A DNA stretch of 64,000 nt, taken from contig OZ242259.1 in assembly GCA_965207035.1 (NCBI GenBank), positions 3,117,329 through 3,181,328 on the forward strand. The letters are read 5' to 3'. The notes beneath the pieces are model-generated. The model made no database searches and was not told the origin of the DNA. It saw only the letters and a list, made by a program, of their open reading frames with translations. Both the position numbers and the translations under genes were made by a program. Each line of letters opens with the position of its first letter. Positions within the stretch are counted from its first letter, which is position 1. Shown one piece after another: positions 48,868 through 57,492 of the stretch. This DNA comes from Bryobacterales bacterium (GTDB taxonomy: Bacteria > Acidobacteriota > Terriglobia > Bryobacterales > UBA6623).

Positions 48868-50546
48868 CCTGTCGCGGCATCATTCAGTGGGTCCGTCGCT
48901 GTCTTGGCCTTGAAGGGAGACATCAGCCGGCTCCACCGTCTCGTGGCACAGATCAGTACCCGCCGCCGGCAAGCACTGCAGAGTCTCGACAGAAGGTCAA
49001 GAAGCCGAGTGAGCGTGAGTTGGAAGTCGTCCAGTCTTCGTCGGGAATGGGAATGCCACCTCCTGGCAACAATCAAGAACCAACCCAAGCCGGTGCGGCC
49101 GGGGTTGATGATCATATTCAGACTGCTAGAACACAGTTCTCAGGTCACTCGAGGGAGACGACAGACCTCGTTATTGGGCTCGATTTCGGCACATTGAGCA
49201 CAAGAGTTATTATTCGAAGTCCGTACGTGGGCGACGGACGCGCTGTGCCCGTGGTATGGCAGGTGCGGGCCGAGATGCCGCCTCATTTCTTGCCGGTCGC
49301 TCTCCTCGAAGGCCCGAACGGCACACTCACCCTGACGTCAGACTGGACGGACCGAGAAGCAGGCAATCTCAAGACCGATCTCATGGACAGGCCCGACGAT
49401 GCCACCGTGCGTGCGCGCGCCGCAGCGTACCTAAGTTTGGTGCTCCGCGAAGCCAGATGTTACGTGCTCGACACGCAGGCTGAAGCATACGGCTCGTATC
49501 GTATCCGATGGGCTGTCCACTTGGGAATACCCTCCGCCGGATACGACGACGACGAAATCAAGAGGGCATTCCTGTCGGTCGCGCGCACCGCATGGATGCT
49601 ATCGAGGCGCTCAGAACCTATGACTCTAGACGCAGCGATGATGGAGCTAGAGGCAGAGGGTCACGCCAAAGCGATCGAGGCGGACCCAGACGTGACCGGT
49701 ATCGAAGTAGTACCAGAGATCGCAGCGCTAGTCGTGGGCTATGCGCGATCACGCCGTCGCAAAGAGGGGCTACACATGATTATGGATATTGGGGCTTCGA
49801 CCATCGATATCTGCGGTTTTGGCCTTGAGGGTCGGGACGGAGATGACCAATACTTCTTGTATACGGCGCTCGTGAGGCGGTTCGGGATACGCGAACTGCA
49901 TCACCGTCGGATGGATGCGATCAGGAATGCGAATCTGGAGGATTCGGTGCGCGTACCTGCATCACTGGATCCGTTCTCTGAAGTACCGGCGGTTGGTAGC
50001 GATTATGTGGAGGCTCCAGCGGATCGGTTGCGCACGGAGTTGGATTCCCTCGACTGCTCCTACTCAGCGGCCTGCACTCAAGCACTGATGATCGTGCTCA
50101 AAGATCTAAAGACGTGCCGGGACCCGCGGTCGCTGGCATGGAAGACTGGCCTCCCTCTCTTCAAGACTGGTGGCGGCAGTCGACATCGACTCATCACTCG
50201 TGCAGTGCAGGAGGCAAACTTCCGCCTAACCACCTTGTCCGGTGCAGCGAGAATTGACGTGCAGACCCTGCCAACTTTGGAGACATTGGCGCTAGCCCGA
50301 AATCGCTCAAGAGATTTGTCGGCAGAAAATGGCGGCGAGGATGGATCTGGACAACCACGAGCGGAATCGTCAACAGATGCCGATTGGGAAGATTGGGACG
50401 CTCTGGCAGAGCGGCTTGGAGTGGCTTATGGCCTCAGCTTCGACAGATTCGAGATCGGTGATATCACACCCCCGCGTGAGATCGACAACGTGCCCCCCAT
50501 GCCGCTGGGCAAGCCAACAGAGTACATTTCAAAGGACCACGTTTAG
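48864..50546 (+). CDS. Uncharacterised actin-like/Hsp70-fold (ASKHA) ATPase
   Basis: Phosphate-1 VIGLDFGTLST, connect-1 VVPEIAAL, phosphate-2 IMDIGASTID, adenosine KTGGGSRH, connect-2 RLGVAYGLS. GTGA overlap with the helicase stop and GGAGG RBS. Confidence 0.75.
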   Translation: MTCRGIIQWVRRCLGLEGRHQPAPPSRGTDQYPPPASTAESRQKVKKPSERELEVVQSSSGMGMPPPGNNQEPTQAGAAGVDDHIQTARTQFSGHSRETTDLVIGLDFGTLSTRVIIRSPYVGDGRAVPVVWQVRAEMPPHFLPVALLEGPNGTLTLTSDWTDREAGNLKTDLMDRPDDATVRARAAAYLSLVLREARCYVLDTQAEAYGSYRIRWAVHLGIPSAGYDDDEIKRAFLSVARTAWMLSRRSEPMTLDAAMMELEAEGHAKAIEADPDVTGIEVVPEIAALVVGYARSRRRKEGLHMIMDIGASTIDICGFGLEGRDGDDQYFLYTALVRRFGIRELHHRRMDAIRNANLEDSVRVPASLDPFSEVPAVGSDYVEAPADRLRTELDSLDCSYSAACTQALMIVLKDLKTCRDPRSLAWKTGLPLFKTGGGSRHRLITRAVQEANFRLTTLSGAARIDVQTLPTLETLALARNRSRDLSAENGGEDGSGQPRAESSTDADWEDWDALAERLGVAYGLSFDRFEIGDITPPREIDNVPPMPLGKPTEYISKDHV

Positions 50547-50806
50547 GTTCGGGTGTAGCTCAGGACTTGACAACGGCCTACTGGCAACCCACAAGAATTC
50601 AGTTGGAGGGCTGTAGGCGCACAGACACTGATTGAACTCGAGTCAAGGGTCCAGCCTAGTCAGAATAGTCCGGGAAAGCCTTCCCCACCCCACCGGAATT
50701 CTGGAATTCCCAACAGCCGTCTCGTGCACCGGCAGTTGAGGTGGCTTGGCGTTGACGGCTCAACGCGGTCGCCGCTGTGGGTTCTTGCGGGGATTCGCGA
50801 CGTTAA

Positions 50807-50883
50807 CGGAGTGTAGTCGGCGGCAAAATGCTGATTCCTTTGAGTTCTAACATCGTTCGGTTCAATTTGAACAGTCGTTCCGA
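50807..50883 (+). ncRNA. Degenerate tRNA-like element (Gln(UUG)-like loop)
   Basis: CGGAGTG pairs 7/7 (two G-U) with CGTTCCG; T8-A9; CT-TTG-AG at positions 32-38; GGTTCAATT T-loop-like motif. D and anticodon stems pair poorly. Confidence 0.35.
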
Positions 50884-50898
50884 TTGATTCTGAAGGAG

Positions 50899-50976
50899 GA
50901 CTAAATAGCTGAGTGTCGGTGAAGGCCAGTCCATGAAACGACCGATCGCGGGTTCGAGTCCCGCCCGCATCTCCCA
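50899..50976 (+). ncRNA. Degenerate tRNA-like element with perfect T-arm
   Basis: GCGGG-TTCGAGT-CCCGC at 50948-50964; TAGCTGAG D-arm-like start; 8-nt loop CATGAAAC closed by GTC/GAC; ends in CCA. The acceptor stem does not pair properly. Confidence 0.35.
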
Positions 50977-51378
50977 AACTCATCGCACCTCCGAGGGCGC
51001 GTTCTGGTCCTCCGTCTTCCCTGTTCGATTCATTAAACCGTGAGAAAAGCAAATGACTGGCACTCATTGAACGAATATTGGTCCGGTTGACAATCGGTTC
51101 ATTCTGTAGGAGACTAACGGTCGGGAGCATCAGTGAGATGCCCGTGCCGGGCCGCTTGCTGAATACAACAGTCAACAACCACCAGTGTTAGGCGTAGCTC
51201 CCCGAGACACGCTGGCGAATAAACACGACTTCACCGTAAATTTCACGTGATGTTGCCAAGGCCCGGCACCTTTGGGCGTCGGAGGCTGGGCCGTGGCTAT
51301 ACGCGGTCGGAGGTCGCTATGCGAGCATGTTTTCAATGGTTCAGGGGCTGTGGAGGTGCGTCTAGGTATCATGCTGAC

Positions 51379-53079
51379 ATGCAACGTATTGTTATTCTTA
51401 TCGTTTCGTGTTTTGTCAGTGTTCTTCCTGGAGAGGACCTAAATTCATCTAGGTACGCGGCTATCGATTATTCTTCCTTGATCACCGAACTCTCTCCTAG
51501 CGTTGTTACCGTTGAGGCTGATGCTGGAAACGGTTCTGGTTTCGTAGTTCATGAAATAGGGTTAATCGCAACGAATTACCACGTTGTCGCCAATACCAGG
51601 TTTCTAACCGTTGGATTCTCTGATGGTCGAAGGGTCAACGCTGAGGTTGTCAAGTTGGATTCTAGGTCTGATTTGGCTCTGTTGAAAGTCCATGCGGATC
51701 ATGTACGCGGCAGGATTCCTGTCCTAGGTGTAACGAGGTTTGATTCTAATGTTAGGCCAGGTACGCCTGTTCTGGCGCTTGGAGCACCTTTAGGACGAAC
51801 CTCATTCCCTTCGCAAGGTATTGTTTCAAAGGTGAGCGAAACGTCTTTGTTAGGAGATTACCTCCTCGAACCGGGTAGTTCGGGAGGTCCGCTAGTGCTG
51901 TTGTCAGGTGATGTGGTAGGTATCAATACCTTCGGTGTCGGTGATATAGCCGGAGCCGTCAGAATTCATTTGTTACGAGAGACAATCGCAGGGCTTGATA
52001 TCGAAAGGGTTGAGAAGATATTGGTTCCCCTCGAAGAACTTGCGCCAGCGGCTACCGAAGAATACCCGCTTGATCTACTACGAATAAAAGCCAATCAACA
52101 GATCATTCCTTCATCCTACGCCTATATGGCTGGAGCGGCTTTCGGAGTTCGGATATCGACACCGGTCTCTCAGGCTTCCTCGGTGCTGTACGAAGATTTG
52201 CAGCAAGCCGCGAACCGATACAAACGTCGCGGTCGGAAGATTCACGATCCAACCTACAGCGCCGTGGACGAGGTTTTCTATCGTTGGCATCAAGACGCGG
52301 TTGATTTGACAAACCTGTTGGTGACGGTGACTGTAGACCCGCAGGCCACTCAGACCGCGGGAAGTCTAGTCGGGCAGATGGTTGGCGCTGGTCTCGGTCT
52401 CGGGGCGCATCTGATTCCTTCTACCTTCAAATTCAAGAAGGAGTTCTACCGGCTCCACGTTGAGCGGGACGGCGAACTGATTGAACCGTTTAGACGCGGA
52501 CGATTTCTAGACGAAAGTTTCGTCCGAAATCCTATCATTCGGTTCGTAGATGAAGCCTATGGGGGGAAATACCAATACGATCCTCGAGATTTTCTTTTCG
52601 GAAATGTTTTCGTATTCAAGGTCTACGAGGCGACTAATCAGTATAAGCCGCACCACTCGAAGACGTTCAAGGCTGATTCAGATCTGATCAAGGCGATACG
52701 ATCAGACTTCCGAGAGACGGTCGGCGAAGCCGGAGACTACTGGAAGTCCGAATACAGGCGGGAGACCGTTCCCCCTGGTACCGGTGAGGTAACTGTAGGT
52801 GATGGCGATATCGGAGTGCGACACGCGATACGCGATCAGTTTCTAGAGTTAACTGAAGTGCTTCCAGGTTCAACCGCCTACGCTGGAGGGTTGCGAACGG
52901 GAGATTTGATTATGGAGATCGATGGAACCTCTACAGTAGGCTGGTTGCGTCAACGGCTAGGCGAATCGCATGATTTTTCTAAGCTCCTAAACCTATTCGT
53001 TCGAGGGAAACTGTCGGATCTTAAATTGACTGTCTTACACGGTAAACTCGATCCTTACGAAATTCGTTTCAAAAGGTGA
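51379..53079 (+). CDS. Secreted trypsin-like serine protease (HtrA/DegS-like) with distant C-terminal PDZ
   Basis: Triad ATNYHVV, SDLALL, GSSGGPL; PDZ-like EVLPGSTAYAGGLRTGDLIMEIDG; signal peptide at 51379. Visibly more A/T-rich than its neighbours. Confidence 0.88.
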   Translation: MQRIVILIVSCFVSVLPGEDLNSSRYAAIDYSSLITELSPSVVTVEADAGNGSGFVVHEIGLIATNYHVVANTRFLTVGFSDGRRVNAEVVKLDSRSDLALLKVHADHVRGRIPVLGVTRFDSNVRPGTPVLALGAPLGRTSFPSQGIVSKVSETSLLGDYLLEPGSSGGPLVLLSGDVVGINTFGVGDIAGAVRIHLLRETIAGLDIERVEKILVPLEELAPAATEEYPLDLLRIKANQQIIPSSYAYMAGAAFGVRISTPVSQASSVLYEDLQQAANRYKRRGRKIHDPTYSAVDEVFYRWHQDAVDLTNLLVTVTVDPQATQTAGSLVGQMVGAGLGLGAHLIPSTFKFKKEFYRLHVERDGELIEPFRRGRFLDESFVRNPIIRFVDEAYGGKYQYDPRDFLFGNVFVFKVYEATNQYKPHHSKTFKADSDLIKAIRSDFRETVGEAGDYWKSEYRRETVPPGTGEVTVGDGDIGVRHAIRDQFLELTEVLPGSTAYAGGLRTGDLIMEIDGTSTVGWLRQRLGESHDFSKLLNLFVRGKLSDLKLTVLHGKLDPYEIRFKR

Positions 53080-53114
53080 CCGCTAGCATTATTGGGTAGG
53101 CCCCCATTTGCTGC

Positions 53115-53334
53115 GATAGTAGTACTTTAATTCTCAACCACGCGCCCCTGACGAGAGCCCGTTCTCCGCAATCAGTGCCTTGAAGGTCAGGCGCTTGCCG
53201 TCCGTGCCTGCGATGAGACTGGCCATCTGGTCGACGGTGTCTAAATCGCGGAGGTTGTTCCGCCCCACGAACTCGGCCACGTAGCGGTTGAGGGGCTTGG
53301 TGCTCATCTTGTGATACGTGCCGTAGTAGCCGCG
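53115..53334 (-). mobile_element. IS1595-family remnant (transposase C-terminus plus right end)
   Basis: Minus strand encodes RGYYGTYHKMSTKPLNRYVAEFVGRNNLRDLDTVDQMASLIAGTDGKRLTFKALIAENGLSSGARG*, followed by GAATTAAAGTACTAC, an IS1595-type end motif. Confidence 0.85.
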
Positions 53335-53456
53335 TTGTGGATTCTCGACGCGTTGTCAAGTGATCGGTATAATTCCCCTTTTTTCTGCGGTTTCCATACC
53401 CCGCCCCAGCCCTACTCATCTTCGTCTTGGAGACGATTCAGCTGACACCGAGCGGG

Positions 53457-55622
53457 TCAGGGACGGAGGGATTTGGCCAACGCTGCATTACCGACTCGGT
53501 CGCGCACACGCAAGACGACCAGGTGCTCGCCCGGCTCGAGGTCTTCGAGCGGCAGTGTGAATGTTTCCTGCCGAGAATCAAGGATTCCGTCGTCTGACAG
53601 CACCGGTCCCCAGTCTCCCGCATCCACCGAGAATTCGGCAGAGCGGATCTCCGAGACCTCGTCCTCAACTTCGAACCGAAGCTCTCCTCCGGAACCGTCC
53701 GGGAGTTGACGAACGCGCGGCGGCGTTTGGTCGACGAGCACGGGGCGGCTGATCCGCTCGGCTTCCAGTGCTCTCTCCGGCGAATTCGCCTGACCGTCAT
53801 CGACCTTCACTCGAAACTCGTAATGCCCGTCGGCGAGGGTGTCACTCTCAATCGAGAGGCGGGAACCGGATACGTCGTCACGAATGGTCTTCCAGTTGGT
53901 CTCGCCTTCCCCACGGAATGACACCTCGGCGCGTAGCTTGTCGCCATCCGGATCCTCGGCACTCCAAACGATCGCCAGCTTGCGGAGCGATGTCGTGGCC
54001 GTTGACTGCTGGCCCGTCTGGCGGGGCGCAGACGACGATCCGGAAGCCGAGACCGTGATGCTATAGCTGTTCGAAGTGCTGGAGGACTGGGAACTGGAAG
54101 AGTCGGACGCCTTTACTGTCTCCGGAACGACGTTGACGGATTTCACCACGGGTGCCGAGTTCTGCGGAAGGTAGTGCACCCGCAGCGAGTCCAGGCGTGC
54201 CAGGCCCTTCAGTGTCACGCGCCACTGGAGAAAGCGGGCCGGTGGCGAAGGCACGGGCGAGCCGGCCATTGCGTCTAGCGGATCTGACCACCCGCTCCAG
54301 GTGGTATCGGGCCGGTAGGTGTTTCCGCTCCTTGTCTGGATCTCGATAGCGGCCCCTTCCAGGGCGTCCCCGCGCCACGACAACCGGCCCCACCGCGAAA
54401 CTCCGCTGGTATCGAACGGAACTGAGTCGTAATGACCGGAATCCGCAGCCGCTTCACCAAGGCGATAGAGTGCCCCCCCGTGGGCCGATCCGACAAGAAT
54501 CCCGTCCCCGGACTGCGACAGCACTGTCATCTGGGCCCTGCCGGTCTGCGAGATAAGGCTCAGCTGGCGATCCTTGCCGGTAGCATAGATGCGGCCTTCC
54601 TGATCCGTCGCGAACAGCGCGCCAGGGTCGGTTCCGTCACGAACTACCAAGCCCAAAATGTTTTCCTCGTTGGACGACCAGAGCTTCTCGACGGCCTGGC
54701 CGTCTCGAAGCCGCATCAACGCAGCGCGCTCGCCAGCGTAAGTGACCTGGGGCTGGGCATACGAAACCGTGGAACCAACTCGGGTTGTCGCGGCCGTGGA
54801 TGTCGCCGCGCCACCCGCCGCCTGGACCGACATGACAGCTTGGCCGGCAGGAATGGCCTGGAGCAATCGATCCATCCCGCCACCCATGGCAGCGAAGTAG
54901 ATCGAACCGTCGCCAGTGACCGCCACGGACCGGATTTCGGGCAGATCCGAGTCGAACAGCCCAAACGCGGTGCCATCTTCCGCCACCCGATAGAGAATCC
55001 CTTCCGGGTCCGTGCCAGCCAGCACGTGGCCGGAAGAGTCAAGTGCCAGGCTCATGACGTGGCGCTGTCCAGACTCGAACCACGCAGCCCCTTTGCCGTC
55101 AGTCCCGACACGGTAGACCTTGCCGCCATCGCCGGTACCGACAATCAAGTGACCCTTGGAATCGAACAGCAAGGACCAGATGTACTTCTCACCGGGATCG
55201 AAGAACACTTCGGATTCTCCGTCCGAGGACACCTTGTAGACCTTGCCTTCGGGTGATGTGCCGGCATAGAGGAAGCCGTCCGGCCCGGCAGCCAGGGCGA
55301 AGACCTCGATCTCGGGTGCCTTCCAGAGCTGTTGCCCCTGGCCGTCAGGAGAGACCTTGAAGACCGCACCCTGATGGCCCGTACCGAAATAGACGGTGCC
55401 GTCAGCAGCCCGCGCGATAGACCACAACACGGCTTGCTCTGAGTCGTGTACCGTGTCCAGCGACGGCGCCACCCGCAGGCTCCCTTCTCGATCAAGCGCC
55501 ACGTTCTGGAAGGTCCCAGCCAGGAAATCGCCGTAGCGCGACAGCTCCCAGCTACGGGTACCTGCCCCAGGCAGGACCGCGACCTGTACCAAGGTCGCCA
55601 AGAAAATCGCCAAGCAGCGCAT
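53457..55622 (-). CDS. Exported beta-propeller + fibronectin type III domain protein
   Basis: Signal peptide; repeats VYFGTG..G.VFKV, LYAGTSPEGKVYKV, LIVGTGDGGKVYRV; C-terminal WSAEDPDGD and Ig-like domains. Confidence 0.75.
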   Translation of the reverse strand: MRCLAIFLATLVQVAVLPGAGTRSWELSRYGDFLAGTFQNVALDREGSLRVAPSLDTVHDSEQAVLWSIARAADGTVYFGTGHQGAVFKVSPDGQGQQLWKAPEIEVFALAAGPDGFLYAGTSPEGKVYKVSSDGESEVFFDPGEKYIWSLLFDSKGHLIVGTGDGGKVYRVGTDGKGAAWFESGQRHVMSLALDSSGHVLAGTDPEGILYRVAEDGTAFGLFDSDLPEIRSVAVTGDGSIYFAAMGGGMDRLLQAIPAGQAVMSVQAAGGAATSTAATTRVGSTVSYAQPQVTYAGERAALMRLRDGQAVEKLWSSNEENILGLVVRDGTDPGALFATDQEGRIYATGKDRQLSLISQTGRAQMTVLSQSGDGILVGSAHGGALYRLGEAAADSGHYDSVPFDTSGVSRWGRLSWRGDALEGAAIEIQTRSGNTYRPDTTWSGWSDPLDAMAGSPVPSPPARFLQWRVTLKGLARLDSLRVHYLPQNSAPVVKSVNVVPETVKASDSSSSQSSSTSNSYSITVSASGSSSAPRQTGQQSTATTSLRKLAIVWSAEDPDGDKLRAEVSFRGEGETNWKTIRDDVSGSRLSIESDTLADGHYEFRVKVDDGQANSPERALEAERISRPVLVDQTPPRVRQLPDGSGGELRFEVEDEVSEIRSAEFSVDAGDWGPVLSDDGILDSRQETFTLPLEDLEPGEHLVVLRVRDRVGNAALAKSLRP

Positions 55623-55633
55623 TGTGGACTCGC

Positions 55634-57394
55634 TTAATTCCCAGTAACTACAAACCGCAGATCGATCCGCCCACGCACGACGCCATCGAAACCGCCGATC
55701 CTTTGATCTGCCAAGGTCGTGGTGAGCTCCGCGGTTGCACCGCTGCCCCGGCCTTCCGCGGTCGACAACACAGCGTGCAGCGAGGCGGGAGGAGCCGGCA
55801 GCTTGTCAGAATGCAGCCAAAGCGACCGCTTGCGCCGCCAAACCCGGAGATAGGCGTCGTCACTGCCTCGCAAGTTGTTCAGGAAGCGAATGGTGTCGGC
55901 GGCATCGCGCACTTTCCGTCCGCCCAGCAGCCCTCTCCACTCCGCGAGATTCGCGGTGACGGCGTCGCCGATGGTGACCTCAACCGTGCCAGCGGGCATT
56001 GAGACAGGCACTTCGTAGGGCAGAGTGCGAATCTCTTCCTGGCCGTCAGGGCCCTTTGCGGCGAAATGGATCTGAACGGTCTCCCCCGGCCTCACCTGGG
56101 TCTTGGAGAGCCACGCCCGGACCAGATCCGTGTACCGGTCAGCAGGCACGGGTTCAACCTCCAAGTCAACCGACTCGATTTCGACACCGGCATGGCCGGT
56201 CTCCAGCAAGTATGCGAGCGGCGCGACTGTAGACAATGCCGCTATCTGGCCGACGGCAGCCGCCCCGGTGTAGATGTCGTCCAGGACCAAGCGGGGCAGG
56301 CCGTCCGTGAACGCTGCACTACCGCGAACACGGATCGTGAGGGGCCCCAGCGACCGCTCGGTGACGCTGATCGACGAGAACAGCGCGGTCTCCAAGAGCA
56401 TCGGAGTGAGCAAGTTGTCACGGACGACCTCGAAAGAGTACTCCTCTATCGGACCGGCGGGCGAAACGATGCGGACCTTGCAGGGCACCATGGCCGGCCC
56501 GGGGCCGAGACGGCCGGCGATGCCGGCCTGCCTGTCCATGGATACTTCGCCGATCAAGGGCCCGATTCCGCTCAGCTTGAACGATGCGTTGAGATTGGGC
56601 ACCAACGTCATCACAGACGCCCGCATCATTGGCATCTGGGTATCGCCTGCCGACATGAACCGGTGGCCGAAGGCGAGCACGCGATCGCCATCGATGTGCG
56701 TGATCGTCCCCGAAGCACTCATGGTCATGTCGCCTCGAATCAAGCCGACGCTGATCATGGAGCCCGGCTCCAAGGGGCCACCCGCGTCGTCGCGGAGGCT
56801 ACCACCTGCACCCTGCAAGGGGCGCAAACCGAGACGCTTGAACCGCTCGCCAAACACTTCCAGCGTCCGCTCACTAAACCCTCCGAACGAAACGGGAGTT
56901 GCAATCGGCTGGAACTGGGAGGCTGACTCAGATGCCTCCGGAACCGCGACGCGGGGCATCCCGGCAAGCTCCCGCCAGTCATCCAAGGGGCCGGCGGCGA
57001 GTGGAGAACTGCTTGGAGTGCCTTCCTCGAACCCCGCAACCATCTCGCCGATCGGCCGGATACCAGCCAGTGGCTCCTTCGAGAACGGAAACATCAACGC
57101 CACGGCCCCCGCCAGTCGGCCGTCGATGTAGACGGGACTGCCGCTCATGCCGGACATCACTCCGGTCCGCGCGAGCGGGCCGCCGGACAGCTTCCCAAAG
57201 ATCACCGACGATTTCGGACCCGCAAAGTTCTCCAGCACGCCGAGGATCTCGATCTCGAACTCCTCGACCTCGGTGCCCTGGAAGACGGTCTTCCCGATAG
57301 CGCGCTGCCCGGCCCGCACTTGATCGACCGGAAAGAACTCCTGGCCGAGCATCGGCACGGCCAGGCACAGCAATAGCGCAAGGCGAATCAACAA
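55634..57394 (-). CDS. SpoIVB peptidase (S55) domain protein
   Basis: GKTVFQGTEVEEF, GVMSGMSGSPVYIDGRLAGAV (catalytic Ser context), GTIT.IDGDRVLAFGH.F; signal peptide. Confidence 0.9.
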   Translation of the reverse strand: MLIRLALLLCLAVPMLGQEFFPVDQVRAGQRAIGKTVFQGTEVEEFEIEILGVLENFAGPKSSVIFGKLSGGPLARTGVMSGMSGSPVYIDGRLAGAVALMFPFSKEPLAGIRPIGEMVAGFEEGTPSSSPLAAGPLDDWRELAGMPRVAVPEASESASQFQPIATPVSFGGFSERTLEVFGERFKRLGLRPLQGAGGSLRDDAGGPLEPGSMISVGLIRGDMTMSASGTITHIDGDRVLAFGHRFMSAGDTQMPMMRASVMTLVPNLNASFKLSGIGPLIGEVSMDRQAGIAGRLGPGPAMVPCKVRIVSPAGPIEEYSFEVVRDNLLTPMLLETALFSSISVTERSLGPLTIRVRGSAAFTDGLPRLVLDDIYTGAAAVGQIAALSTVAPLAYLLETGHAGVEIESVDLEVEPVPADRYTDLVRAWLSKTQVRPGETVQIHFAAKGPDGQEEIRTLPYEVPVSMPAGTVEVTIGDAVTANLAEWRGLLGGRKVRDAADTIRFLNNLRGSDDAYLRVWRRKRSLWLHSDKLPAPPASLHAVLSTAEGRGSGATAELTTTLADQRIGGFDGVVRGRIDLRFVVTGN

Positions 57395-57492
57395 CGCTCA
57401 TTCTAGCCGCACAGAGCCGATGGCGGGGCTCTCTTACGCCTCGATGACACCAACCGGTACAGTCGAGCGTCATCTCTAGTACGATTGGCTTC

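Noticed and set aside
50660-51178. 172-aa minus-strand ORF
   Set aside because: It is Ser/Arg/Pro-rich with no motif and overlaps the tRNA-like motifs on the opposite strand, so it is probably spurious.
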